This document shows, one piece after another, positions 31,472-41,376 of a stretch of 64,000 bases of DNA. Position 1 is the stretch's first letter, and every line of letters begins with the position of its first letter. The notes beneath the pieces were generated by a model, which saw only the letters and a program-made list of their open reading frames with translations, ran no database searches and was not told the DNA's origin. A program made the translations under genes and the position numbers. Origin of the DNA: Tolypothrix carrinoi HA7290-LM1 (lineage in GTDB: Bacteria; Cyanobacteriota; Cyanobacteriia; Cyanobacteriales; Nostocaceae); the NCBI GenBank assembly GCA_019358935.1, contig JAHHIK010000011.1, positions 1-64,000 on the forward strand, given 5' to 3'.

Positions 31472-33070
31472 ATGACCAAGGCACCTATTGCTCCCGTGGT
31501 GCTTGTCATTTTAGACGGATGGGGCTACTGCGAGGAAACACGAGGAAACGCGATCGCCGCTGCTAAAACTCCCGTAATGCAAAGCTTATGGGCAGCTTAT
31601 CCGCATACCCTCATCCGCACATCCGGAAAAGCCGTGGGATTGCCAGAGGGTCAAATGGGTAACTCAGAAGTTGGTCATTTGAATATCGGCGCTGGGCGAG
31701 TTGTACCACAAGAATTGGTACGCATCTCAGATGCTGTCGAAGACGGTTCCATCCAACGCAACCCCGCACTGGTCAAAATTTGCCAGGAAGTCCGTAATCG
31801 AAATGGCAAGCTGCATATAGTCGGGCTTTGTTCCGAGGGTGGGGTACACTCGCACCTGTCGCATTTGTTTGGATTACTTGACTTAGCCAAAGGTCAAGGA
31901 CTTTCGGAAATTTGCATCCACGCTATCACAGACGGTCGTGACACCACCCCAAAAGAGGCTGTAGAAGCAATTGGGTTGGTGCAAAATTACATTGACCGTA
32001 TAGGCGTAGGACGCATAGCCACCCTCAGCGGTCGCTATTACGCAATGGATCGCGATCGCCGCTGGGATCGAGTCAAACGCGCCTATGATGTCATGACACA
32101 AGATGGCGCGGGTGACGGTCGCTCTTCTGTGGAAGTCATACAAGCATCTTACGCCGAAGGTGTTACCGACGAATTCATTTTACCGATACGCATTGCTCCA
32201 GGTGCAGTAGCTGAAGGCGATGGAGTGATATTCTTTAACTTCCGCCCCGATCGCGCCAGACAATTGACGCAAGCTTTTGTCAATCCTCATTTTACCGGCT
32301 TTGAAAGACAGCAAATCACCCCGCTGTCGTTTGCTACCTTTACTCAATACGACCCAGAATTAGCAGTAGATGTAGCTTTTGAACCTCAGAATCTCAGTAA
32401 TATTCTGGGGGAAGTAATTGCCAATCATGATTTAAAGCAGTTTCGCACCTCCGAAACCGAAAAATACGCTCACGTCACCTACTTCTTCAACGGTGGTTTG
32501 GAAGAACCTTTTCCCGGAGAAGACCGGGAACTGGTCAGCAGTCCAATGGTAGCGACCTACGACAAAGCGCCGGCGATGTCAGCAGCACCATTAACAGAGG
32601 TAGCGATCGCCGCCATCGAAAAGAAAATTTACTCCTTAGTTGTAATTAATTATGCCAACCCAGACATGGTAGGGCATACTGGTCAAATAGACGCTACGAT
32701 TAAAGCACTGGAAACCGTTGACCGATGTTTGGGACGCCTTCTAGAGAGCATCGGCAAAGCCGGAGGTACAGCAATTATTACCGCCGACCACGGCAACGCC
32801 GAGCATATGCTAGATGATGCGGGCAATCCTTGGACAGCTCACACCACCAATCCAGTCCCCTTAATTCTGCTAGAAGGAGAAGGCGCAAAAATCCCCGGAC
32901 ACGGTACAAATGTCAGCTTGCGAAGCGATGGCAAGCTAGCCGATATTGCCCCCACAATTCTGGAGATTTTACAGCTGCCGATTCCACCAGAAATGACAGG
33001 GCGATCGCTACTCCAAAATGCTGAGTATGAAGTGCAATTTAAACGCACTCCCGCACCAGTTGGACTGTAA
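31472..33070 (+). CDS. gpmI: 2,3-bisphosphoglycerate-independent phosphoglycerate mutase
   Basis: 'LVILDGWG', 'GQMGNSEVGHLNIGAGR', 'NFRPDRARQ', 'TADHGNAE'. Confidence 0.98.
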   Translation: MTKAPIAPVVLVILDGWGYCEETRGNAIAAAKTPVMQSLWAAYPHTLIRTSGKAVGLPEGQMGNSEVGHLNIGAGRVVPQELVRISDAVEDGSIQRNPALVKICQEVRNRNGKLHIVGLCSEGGVHSHLSHLFGLLDLAKGQGLSEICIHAITDGRDTTPKEAVEAIGLVQNYIDRIGVGRIATLSGRYYAMDRDRRWDRVKRAYDVMTQDGAGDGRSSVEVIQASYAEGVTDEFILPIRIAPGAVAEGDGVIFFNFRPDRARQLTQAFVNPHFTGFERQQITPLSFATFTQYDPELAVDVAFEPQNLSNILGEVIANHDLKQFRTSETEKYAHVTYFFNGGLEEPFPGEDRELVSSPMVATYDKAPAMSAAPLTEVAIAAIEKKIYSLVVINYANPDMVGHTGQIDATIKALETVDRCLGRLLESIGKAGGTAIITADHGNAEHMLDDAGNPWTAHTTNPVPLILLEGEGAKIPGHGTNVSLRSDGKLADIAPTILEILQLPIPPEMTGRSLLQNAEYEVQFKRTPAPVGL

Positions 33071-33218
33071 AAAAGTTAGTCCTTCATGAGTGATGAGTTA
33101 AGAATTAATAATTTTTCGCTCCTCTTAACTCTGTACTTTCGTACAGACGTTCCACCGGAACGTCTCTACCTACTCCTAACTCCTAACTCCGCTCCTCCTA
33201 ATTCATTAAATTCCTACC

Positions 33219-33452
33219 ATGACCGTTACTAATATCGTGCAAGGCATCTGGGCATTTTCTGCCGTTGGTTTGATTGTTTTAGTATTGCTGCATAGTCCGA
33301 AAGGCGATGGCGTTGCTGCCATTGGCGGACAAGCTCAATTGTTTAGCAGCACCAAAAGTGCAGAAACCACACTCAACCGAGTTACCTGGACACTTACGGT
33401 AATTTTCCTCGGCTTAACCGTAGTTTTAAGCGCTGGTTGGCTGCCTAAGTAA
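33219..33452 (+). CDS. secG: Preprotein translocase subunit SecG
   Basis: 'VLLHSPKGDG..IGG.AQLFSSTKSAETTLNRVTW'; two TM segments; follows gpmI. Confidence 0.95.
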   Translation: MTVTNIVQGIWAFSAVGLIVLVLLHSPKGDGVAAIGGQAQLFSSTKSAETTLNRVTWTLTVIFLGLTVVLSAGWLPK

Positions 33453-33454
33453 GG

Positions 33455-34318
33455 ATGGGGAGATGGGGAGATGGGGAGATGGGGAGATGGGGAGATGGGG
33501 AGAACAACCCAACGCCTAAAACCCAAATAAATATAATTTTCCGACGTTTAATTACAGTTTTTGCCTTAGCTATTGGCACAGGGCTGTTAGTCATTTTTAC
33601 TAACTTCCAAAACAACGCCACCCTTGCACAAAATGGCATCTGGACACAAACACCGAAAGATGCATCAGACTTAAGAAAAATTCCCCCCCTCTCCCTTTCC
33701 CCCATTCTCCCTCTCCCCCCCACTTCCCCAAGACCTCATCCCTTACCGCCGACGCTGCTACAGTGGAAAGACAGCACCAACAGCGGTGATTACTTTTCTG
33801 AAGTTAAATTGACTGAAGTCGGTTATTTAGTTTGGTCACAGCTTCCCATTCGCATTTACGTAGAAACACCGAAAGAAATTAGCAGCGAACAGGCTCAAGC
33901 ATGGGTTAATACTGTTGTGCAAGCAGTGCAAGAGTGGAGTGTTTATTTACCCTTGGAGGTAGTAGAAAAACCGGAAGTTGCTAATATTACAATTGTGCGA
34001 AAAGCCCCACCTCTTCAGAAGTCGCCTAATAGCAACATTCCGCGTGCGCGATCGGCACAAACTACTTACGAGTTATACACAAATAACAAAGTTTTATCTC
34101 ACCGCTTCAGTATTTTGCTGAGTCCTACCCAGACTGGTAATTATCTTACCGCAGCCGCCCGCCACGAATTCGGTCACGCGCTGGGAATTTGGGGTCATAG
34201 TCCGATGCCAAGTGATGCTTTATACTTTTCGCAAGTTCGCAATCCGCCGCCCATTTCTGCTAGAGATGTGAATACTTTGAAGCGCGTTTACGAACAGCCC
34301 ACTAGTTTGGGATGGTAA
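33455..34318 (+). CDS. Matrixin/M10-like zinc metallopeptidase (true start uncertain; 5' end is STRR-derived)
   Basis: 'HEFGHALGIWGHS' HExxHxxGxxGH motif; 'ISARDVNTLKRVY'. Confidence 0.85.
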   Translation: MGRWGDGEMGRWGDGENNPTPKTQINIIFRRLITVFALAIGTGLLVIFTNFQNNATLAQNGIWTQTPKDASDLRKIPPLSLSPILPLPPTSPRPHPLPPTLLQWKDSTNSGDYFSEVKLTEVGYLVWSQLPIRIYVETPKEISSEQAQAWVNTVVQAVQEWSVYLPLEVVEKPEVANITIVRKAPPLQKSPNSNIPRARSAQTTYELYTNNKVLSHRFSILLSPTQTGNYLTAAARHEFGHALGIWGHSPMPSDALYFSQVRNPPPISARDVNTLKRVYEQPTSLGW

Positions 34319-34418
34319 TTATAGCATTTTTATCGTAGAGACGTTCCACACCGAACGTCTCTACAATAGGGTAAAAATTTTCAATTCATACTCTTATTCA
34401 GCAACGCCAAATTTATAA

Positions 34419-35555
34419 TTAAAATTTACCTTGCAAAATCGCCTGAAAACGCTTATTTTTTCGTAAACTATCTAAATCTGTATCGGTTTTTGCAGTAGGT
34501 AAATATCTGGTAGGATTCATCTTAATGGCTTGGGCGATGTGATTCACAGCCAAAGTTGTCTTTTTTTGACATGCATAACAGTAACCTTTGTTATATATGC
34601 CGTTTACGTGGTCGGGTTTAATTTGTAGAGAACGGTCAATGCTAGCGTGAGCTTCGCTAAGTTTACCAAGTTTGGCGAGGGCATAACCGCGATTATCCCA
34701 CGCTTCATAGTTGTTTGGATCGGCTTCAATTGCTTTGTCGTAAGATGCGATCGCTTCTTTGCTTTTTCCTAGCCGTCGCAACGTAATACCCCGATTATTC
34801 CATGCATGAGTATCCTGGGGGTCAATTTCAGTCGCTCGATTGTAGCAAATTAATGCTTCTTCATCTTGCTGAAGCTGACCGAGCATATTTCCTTTATTAT
34901 TTAAAGCAGGCGCATATTTTGGGTCTATTTCCAGTGCTTTATCAAAGCTAGAAATCGCTTCTTCTGGCTTTTCCCAACTCATAAAAGCACAGCCACGATT
35001 GAACCACACAGTCGGATCGTCAGGCTGAATGCTAATTGCTTGATCGTAACTGCGAATCGCTGCTTTGAAGCGTTTCAAACTGACCAACGCATTACCCCGG
35101 TTGGTAAAAGATTTATAATAGCTGGGGTTAAATTCGAGCGATCGCTCATAGGCATTCAGCGCTTCTGTATGTCGTCCTAATAACGTTAAAGAGTTACCTT
35201 TAGAATCCCAAGCTGCGTAATCATACGGATACAATAAAAGCAGTTGATCGTAACTTTCTAATGCTTCTTTATGTTTGTCCCATTCAGCCAAAGCCAAACT
35301 GCGATTGTATAAGGCAGTATGGTCTTTGGGATTCAGGGCAAGAGCGCGATTAAAATCCTCAATGGACTCCGCGTAACGCTTTAAGTGTCCAAAAACCAAT
35401 GCGCGACAGCACCAAGCATCAGTATAGTTTGGGTCAAGCTTGAGTGCTGCACTTAAAGGAGCGATCGCTGCGGCAAACTCCCGTGCTTCAAACAGTCGAA
35501 CGCCTTCTTCAAATAAAGTTGTGGCGGTTGCCTGTGTCTCGTCGTTCATAGGCAT
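34419..35555 (-). CDS. Tetratricopeptide repeat protein
   Basis: About ten 34-aa TPR units ('AW.NRG..L..L....EAI.SYD.A....P'). Confidence 0.92.
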   Translation of the reverse strand: MPMNDETQATATTLFEEGVRLFEAREFAAAIAPLSAALKLDPNYTDAWCCRALVFGHLKRYAESIEDFNRALALNPKDHTALYNRSLALAEWDKHKEALESYDQLLLLYPYDYAAWDSKGNSLTLLGRHTEALNAYERSLEFNPSYYKSFTNRGNALVSLKRFKAAIRSYDQAISIQPDDPTVWFNRGCAFMSWEKPEEAISSFDKALEIDPKYAPALNNKGNMLGQLQQDEEALICYNRATEIDPQDTHAWNNRGITLRRLGKSKEAIASYDKAIEADPNNYEAWDNRGYALAKLGKLSEAHASIDRSLQIKPDHVNGIYNKGYCYACQKKTTLAVNHIAQAIKMNPTRYLPTAKTDTDLDSLRKNKRFQAILQGKF

Positions 35556-35642
35556 CGACTCTGTTAAATACCTATAATATTACCGTACTGCAAGCGATGT
35601 ACGATAAGCACAGATGTGCGACAGAGATACATTAAATATTTA

Positions 35643-36179
35643 TTAATAAAATTTTGGGTAAAGACCTTTTCGACTTAAGACTTTGATAGCACGACTGACT
35701 AATTTTATATTTGGATGAGTCAGCAGTTGCTGAAGATAGGGAATAGCTTCAGAAATTTCAGATAAGGGTTTTGCACAATCTGTACAATGTAAAAGGCGTT
35801 CTGGCTCACGCTGCAACATCTCAATAATTAGACTTTGGTATATTTGTTGCGAACATTCTGTTGCAACGCTGGCTAAGAGAATGTCAGCTTCTCTATAAGC
35901 TGGTGCCCATGTGACAATTACAAAAGGTTGGGTTAGTTGATAGGCTTTTACTTCTTTTGTTGAACATTGGTTCAGCCACAGTTTGCGTCTGCGCTGAAGT
36001 AAACTTGGTAGATCGTCACGCTCACCAAGATCAAGTGTTATTAAAAGCTTTTCAACTTTTGATGGAATAGCAGTAATTAGTTCAAATCCAAGAACAGTTG
36101 CTGCCAAAAGCTTATCATCATGGGAAGGGATAGCAATACGGTCACTAACTTTTATGCTTCGGTGAAAGCAGCTTACCAA
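35643..36179 (-). CDS. Hypothetical protein
   Basis: 178-aa ORF, no recognised motif; start uncertain. Confidence 0.5.
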   Translation of the reverse strand: MVSCFHRSIKVSDRIAIPSHDDKLLAATVLGFELITAIPSKVEKLLITLDLGERDDLPSLLQRRRKLWLNQCSTKEVKAYQLTQPFVIVTWAPAYREADILLASVATECSQQIYQSLIIEMLQREPERLLHCTDCAKPLSEISEAIPYLQQLLTHPNIKLVSRAIKVLSRKGLYPKFY

Positions 36180-36375
36180 TCAAAAAAGTCCAGTGACGGT
36201 AATAAGATTCACCTGGATGGCGATGTATCTGGTGAGCAGATATGATTTCAAATGCAAAAGTCATAAAAGCGCGATCGCTCGTTAACTAACCTTTGGTCGG
36301 TACTTATTAACAGGTAAGGTGCGTTAACGTGTAACGCACCCTACCGATTTCAACCGGATTTTGTGCTAGTACTTT

Positions 36376-37341
36376 TTACACGCGACGTAGGTTCATGAGT
36401 TCTTCGGGAGATGCTAGCATATCGATCGCCACAAAGAAAATCTTACCTTGGGGATTGATTAAGAACCGCCAAGCAATATTCATACCCACGGTGACGCCAA
36501 ACCAAGGTGTTTGTACCACACCTGTGATTTTCAGTTGCTTAGAACCATCTGGTAGAACTTCGCTGATACCTTGCTTTGGCATCATATTTAGTCCTTGGGC
36601 TTCTTCGCGCATGTATTTAGCGATCGCCTCATGACCGACTATCGGCTTCTGGAATGGGGGTTGCAGCGCACCGTCGGGAGTAAATAAAGCGATCGCCGCA
36701 TCAAATTTATCTGCGTTCATCGCTTCAATGTAACCCAATACAGCAGGCTCTGTGATACCCTCAATCTTGACTGAAGTAACAGGAGGAGCGCTACGTTTAA
36801 ACGCAGGTTCCGCAGCAGGTTTGGAACTACTTGGACCAAGAGCAGATGTATCGAATCCCATATCTACTACAGTGTTACGCAGTACGGTAATTTGCTGACC
36901 TGCATCAAGCTTCTTGGTCGCTTCTAACACTACTTGCACACCAGGAGACATTTGATAACCGCTGGGAATCGGAGCCACAACCCCTTGTTTCATCAACTCG
37001 CCTAACTCGTACCAAAAAGCCAGCTTGGTGTTTACACTGAAGAAACCATAAGAACGGCTGATTGGAGTGTCAGCACGGCTAGCAAGTTCCCGCATGACTT
37101 GGGTTTGCTCTTCTTTAGACATCTGCTTAATTTGGGTGAGCAAACCTTCCGCTAATTGCAAGCGTGCTACTCCAGGAGCTGCGGGAGTAATTGTCTTACC
37201 CATTTCCGTGTAAGCATACCACAGATAAGCCAGTTGATCGTCAACGCCTAGTTGATCGAATAGCGCTATGGTAGCTGGAATTGGGCTAGGAACTTGAGTG
37301 TTAGAGAAAATATTTTGAGCGGACTCGATACTTAAAGCCAT
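36376..37341 (-). CDS. ocp: Orange carotenoid protein (full-length NTD + NTF2-like CTD), OCPx/OCP3-like
   Basis: 'LWYAYTEMGKTITPAAPG', 'TKLAFWYELG', 'LQPPFQKPIVG', 'VQTPWFG..GMNIAWRFL'; GGAGA RBS before ATG 37341. Confidence 0.95.
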   Translation of the reverse strand: MALSIESAQNIFSNTQVPSPIPATIALFDQLGVDDQLAYLWYAYTEMGKTITPAAPGVARLQLAEGLLTQIKQMSKEEQTQVMRELASRADTPISRSYGFFSVNTKLAFWYELGELMKQGVVAPIPSGYQMSPGVQVVLEATKKLDAGQQITVLRNTVVDMGFDTSALGPSSSKPAAEPAFKRSAPPVTSVKIEGITEPAVLGYIEAMNADKFDAAIALFTPDGALQPPFQKPIVGHEAIAKYMREEAQGLNMMPKQGISEVLPDGSKQLKITGVVQTPWFGVTVGMNIAWRFLINPQGKIFFVAIDMLASPEELMNLRRV

Positions 37342-37994
37342 GTTCGCAATCTCCAATTTGTTTTTGTTAATTAGCTGATAAGCATTCATTCAAAAAAAGC
37401 GAATCTTCTTTTCTGAGAGAGTGGCAATAAACGCGCGTCAACTCCAATCGAGACTTTTAGCGTCCTAAAAGCCAGACAGAAAAAATTATCACCCTTGCAG
37501 GTGTTCTATTTTTTACGTGGTTAATCAAGCCAATCGAGAGACTGGCTGACAAGCTTTGGTTAAATAACGCTCGTTGCGGTTTAACCAAAGCTTTTCAACA
37601 ACGTAACTGCTCACAGTCACCAAGGTTTCCTCAAGGGAGGTTTGGTCACGTAAGTAAGTTTATCAAAGTTAATAAACTTTTGTAAAGTTTTTTTACGAAT
37701 TAGTTACAAAATTTGCTTATCGCTCATATTACATATGTAATGTATAGGTTTTACTGAACTGACCAAGGTGGATGAGGCGTTACTTTTCGACATGCATCGC
37801 GATCGCCTACATATATAGTCAAAATATTCCGATAGTCTTTAAAGTATTAAGTGTGAACGCTATGAGCGTCTCCTCCAAAGAGGATAAAGTATAAAATTTT
37901 CATGAGAGCATCCTTTGTGTCTTTAGTTTTAAGCTTTCGTTCGGCGCAAGTAGAAGGTAACTAGGAGATAAAGCGATCGCATAATTGAAAAACT

Positions 37995-39683
37995 ATGACA
38001 ATTCTAATTACAGGGGCAACTGGAACCATTGGCGGTGAAATCGTCAAACAGCTGGCAGCGAAAAACTTGCCGATACGTGCCTTTGTCCGCAACCCTAGTA
38101 AAGCAGCTCGGTTAAAGCAGCTAGGTGTGGAAATTGCCCAAGGTGATTTTTTGCATCAAGATACCCTTGAAGCGGCATTACAAGGGATAGAAAAGGCATT
38201 CCTCGTTACAGCAAACGATCCGCGTCAAGTGGAGATGGAATCAAATTTTATTGATGCGGCTCAAAAAGCAGGTGTGCAGCACATTGTCAAGCTTTCGGTG
38301 CTGGCTGCAAACCAAAATTCATCCAGCACCTTTCAAAGATGGCATGGGCAAATAGAGAAACACTTAGAAAAATCTGGTATCGCTTGGACGCATCTGCAAC
38401 CAAATATGTTGATGCAGAATATCAAGTGGTTTGCCAAAACCATCGCCGAACAAAGTTCTATTTTTTCAACCGTGGGAGATGCCAAAATCTCTCATGTTGA
38501 TGCCAAAGATGTTGCAGCAGTAGCGGCAGTATGTTTATCCGAGTCCGGGCACGAAAATAAGAGTTACGTTCTTACTGGAGCGGAGGCGATCGCATTTAAC
38601 CAAGTCGCAGACAAACTAGCGAAAACACTGAACCGTCCTGTGACTTTTGTCAATGTCACAGCAGCCCAACTCAAACAAGCAAGGCTAGCAGGAGGTGAAC
38701 CAGAATGGTATTTAGATGCAGAAAATGAGTTATTTGCTTTGTGGGCGTCGGGTACGGGTTCGCCGGTTACGAGTGACATTTTTGATATCACCAAACAATC
38801 CCCAACTTCATTTGATGAGTTTGCGCGGGATTTGGCAAGCGAAAAAGCTTTGGACTTTTTCAATGTCGAACGAGTTGCAGACGGTTTTACCTTTGGAGAA
38901 GGACCAGTTTACGATCAAAAGCAAAGCTGTTTGCTGTTCTGCGATACCCAAGGTGATACTATTTACAAGCTTATCGCAGACAACATAGAAGTGTTTCGCC
39001 GTCCTGCTGGATATCCTAGTGGTTTAGCGTTCGATCCGCAAGGGCGTTTGGTTGTTTGCGAAAATGCAGAACGTCGAGTTACTCGTACAGAAAAAGATGG
39101 GCAAATTGTCACACTTGCTGACAAATTTTCAGGCAAGCGTCTCAACAGTCCCAACGACTTAGTAATTCGCAGTGATGGTACAATTTATTTTAGCGATCCG
39201 CCCTACGGTTTGCCGGAAATGTCGCAAGGTAAAGAACTTGATTTCAACGGCGTTTACAAAATTTCGCCTGACGGGGAACTTTCTCTTTTAATTGCGGATA
39301 TTCAACTGCCCAACGGTATGGTTTTCTCACCGGATGAGCGTTTTCTTTATGTCAATGATACTCAAGCACGCATCATTCACCGCTTTGATGTCAACTTTGA
39401 TGGCACGTTGACAGGCAAATGCATTTTTGCCCAAATGACAGGCGATGCGAATGATTGGGGCGCAGACGGTATTACAGTAGACGCAGAAGGAAGCATTTAT
39501 TCTGTTGGACCTGGTGGAGTTTGGGTTTACTCTGCAAATGGCGAGTTGAAAGACCGCATTTACACCCCGGAAGTAGTTACCAACGTTGCTTGGGGCGATC
39601 GCGATTACAAAACTCTTTATCTGACTGGCATTAGCAGCCTTTACCGCATTCACCGTCCAGTCGGTGGTGTAACACCAAAGTAA
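37995..39683 (+). CDS. NmrA-like NAD(P)-binding domain fused to SMP-30/gluconolactonase beta-propeller
   Basis: N-terminal 'ILITGATGTIG' atypical SDR; C-terminal 'FGEGPVY', 'LNSPNDL..DGTIYFSDPPYG', 'PNGMVFSPD', 'ADGITVDAEG'. Confidence 0.88.
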   Translation: MTILITGATGTIGGEIVKQLAAKNLPIRAFVRNPSKAARLKQLGVEIAQGDFLHQDTLEAALQGIEKAFLVTANDPRQVEMESNFIDAAQKAGVQHIVKLSVLAANQNSSSTFQRWHGQIEKHLEKSGIAWTHLQPNMLMQNIKWFAKTIAEQSSIFSTVGDAKISHVDAKDVAAVAAVCLSESGHENKSYVLTGAEAIAFNQVADKLAKTLNRPVTFVNVTAAQLKQARLAGGEPEWYLDAENELFALWASGTGSPVTSDIFDITKQSPTSFDEFARDLASEKALDFFNVERVADGFTFGEGPVYDQKQSCLLFCDTQGDTIYKLIADNIEVFRRPAGYPSGLAFDPQGRLVVCENAERRVTRTEKDGQIVTLADKFSGKRLNSPNDLVIRSDGTIYFSDPPYGLPEMSQGKELDFNGVYKISPDGELSLLIADIQLPNGMVFSPDERFLYVNDTQARIIHRFDVNFDGTLTGKCIFAQMTGDANDWGADGITVDAEGSIYSVGPGGVWVYSANGELKDRIYTPEVVTNVAWGDRDYKTLYLTGISSLYRIHRPVGGVTPK

Positions 39684-39730
39684 AAGGCAATCATGTGAGG
39701 ATTTCGGGAGAGAGTATTAAATTTTGAATT

Positions 39731-39848
39731 CCCCTTGTCCCCTTGTCTCCTTGTCCTCCTTGTCCTCCTTGTCCCCCTTGTCCCCTTGTCCCCTTGTCTT
39801 TTTGTCCTCCTTGTCCTCCTTGTCCCCCTTGTCCCCTTGTCCCCTTGT
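39731..39848. repeat. (CCCCTTGT/CTCCTTGT)n tandem repeat
   Basis: 8-9-nt units between convergent genes. Confidence 0.9.
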
Positions 39849-39851
39849 CGT

Positions 39852-41000
39852 CTAAGCTCCGCGACTAAATTGCACGCGGGGCTGTATTAATACATTAGTA
39901 TAAAGTTCTTCCAGTCGAGTAATATTATTACTGAGGGTGTATCGCTCTAGTACTCGCTTTCTGGCTTTTTGTCCTAACAGTGTTGTTAATTCCGGATGGT
40001 CTTGGAAGAGTGGCAAAAAAGTTTTTAATTGCGATCGCACTGTTTTAGTATTAAGAATCACACCTGCACCCTTGGACAATACTTCGCCATCTGCGCCGAC
40101 ATCTGTGGCTAAACACGCGCTTCCCACTGCCATTGCTTCTAACAAAGACAGCGAAAGTCCCTCTACTAATGAAGGTAAAATAAATACATCTGCACCGCGT
40201 AAAATTTCGATGCGCCGATTTTCGTTGGCAATAAACCCTAACCAACTTACGCCATATTCGGAACCATAAAAGGTTTCTAAAGAAGATTTCAATGGACCAT
40301 CACCGACAATCAGCAATTTACTATCAAAGCGCATTTGGGCTTGTTTCCAAGCGCGGAGGAGGGCTTCGACGTTTTTTTCTGGAGCGATGCGACCTTGATA
40401 AACAAACAAGCGTTCTGCTTTAAATTCTGCTTTGATTTTAGAAGTTCCCGGACAATACTTGGCAGTATCCACACCGTTGGGAATTACGGCAATATTTTCT
40501 TCTGGCACACCCATACGTGCTAGTAATTCTCGCTGAATTTGAGAAAATACAATCACGCGATCGTAGTTACCCAAAAAAGGCGCATAAAGTTGATACGCCA
40601 AAAGTTGTGTTCCTGATATCAGTTTTGCCCCTTTGCCAGCAAACGGTGTGTGAAAAGTGGCAACTAAGGGCAAATTCAGTTCTTCACAGATTTCTGGCAG
40701 AACAAAGTCAAGCGGAGATAAAGTCAAAGAAGCATGAACTACATCCGGCTTGATACGTTTTAACGACTGAGTTAAAACCTTGGTCGCTTTAAAAGTCGGA
40801 ATTGTGTAAACCTGGGACTTGTAAATGAAGGGTAGCGGAACCTCTGGGCAATTGGGCCAGCTGTCGGCTTGAGATTCTTCTTGGGCGAAGTGAAGGAAAC
40901 TAACTTGATGTCCCCTGTCTAGCAAGGCATTTGTGATTTCCCGACTGTAGGTGACATTGCCGCAAAAGGGTGATTTTTTTCCAATCCAGGCTATACGCAT
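39852..41000 (-). CDS. Glycosyltransferase family 4
   Basis: 'VIPNGVD', 'GRIAPEKNV', 'PSLVEGLSLSLLEAMA'. Confidence 0.92.
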   Translation of the reverse strand: MRIAWIGKKSPFCGNVTYSREITNALLDRGHQVSFLHFAQEESQADSWPNCPEVPLPFIYKSQVYTIPTFKATKVLTQSLKRIKPDVVHASLTLSPLDFVLPEICEELNLPLVATFHTPFAGKGAKLISGTQLLAYQLYAPFLGNYDRVIVFSQIQRELLARMGVPEENIAVIPNGVDTAKYCPGTSKIKAEFKAERLFVYQGRIAPEKNVEALLRAWKQAQMRFDSKLLIVGDGPLKSSLETFYGSEYGVSWLGFIANENRRIEILRGADVFILPSLVEGLSLSLLEAMAVGSACLATDVGADGEVLSKGAGVILNTKTVRSQLKTFLPLFQDHPELTTLLGQKARKRVLERYTLSNNITRLEELYTNVLIQPRVQFSRGA

Positions 41001-41376
41001 TCTTTATTAGCTATCAGGAAAGCGGGTTTGATCTATCAGCTAAATGTCCTTTCTTTTTCGTGTTTTGTGCTGTTGTACTTGCTAGGTTTTTACTTATTAG
41101 AAAATCCCGCGATTACCCAATTCCCAGCGCAAAATTTGACGTTGCTCTACGAAAGTGCATTTTATGGATTTTTTACTTTACTTTTAAGTTGCTAATTCCT
41201 AATAAGTTCATAACAACTTACATAGATGCGATGTATCGCCTCTAGTTAATGTCAGGTTTATTCCCAGCAAGTACCTGATAAATCATTATTGACTTCAGTT
41301 TAGCACGAAAACAAAAGCTTTCAGTAAATAATTGATAATGCCAGAAGAGTGAATAATAACTCCTTTTTTTTGATAA

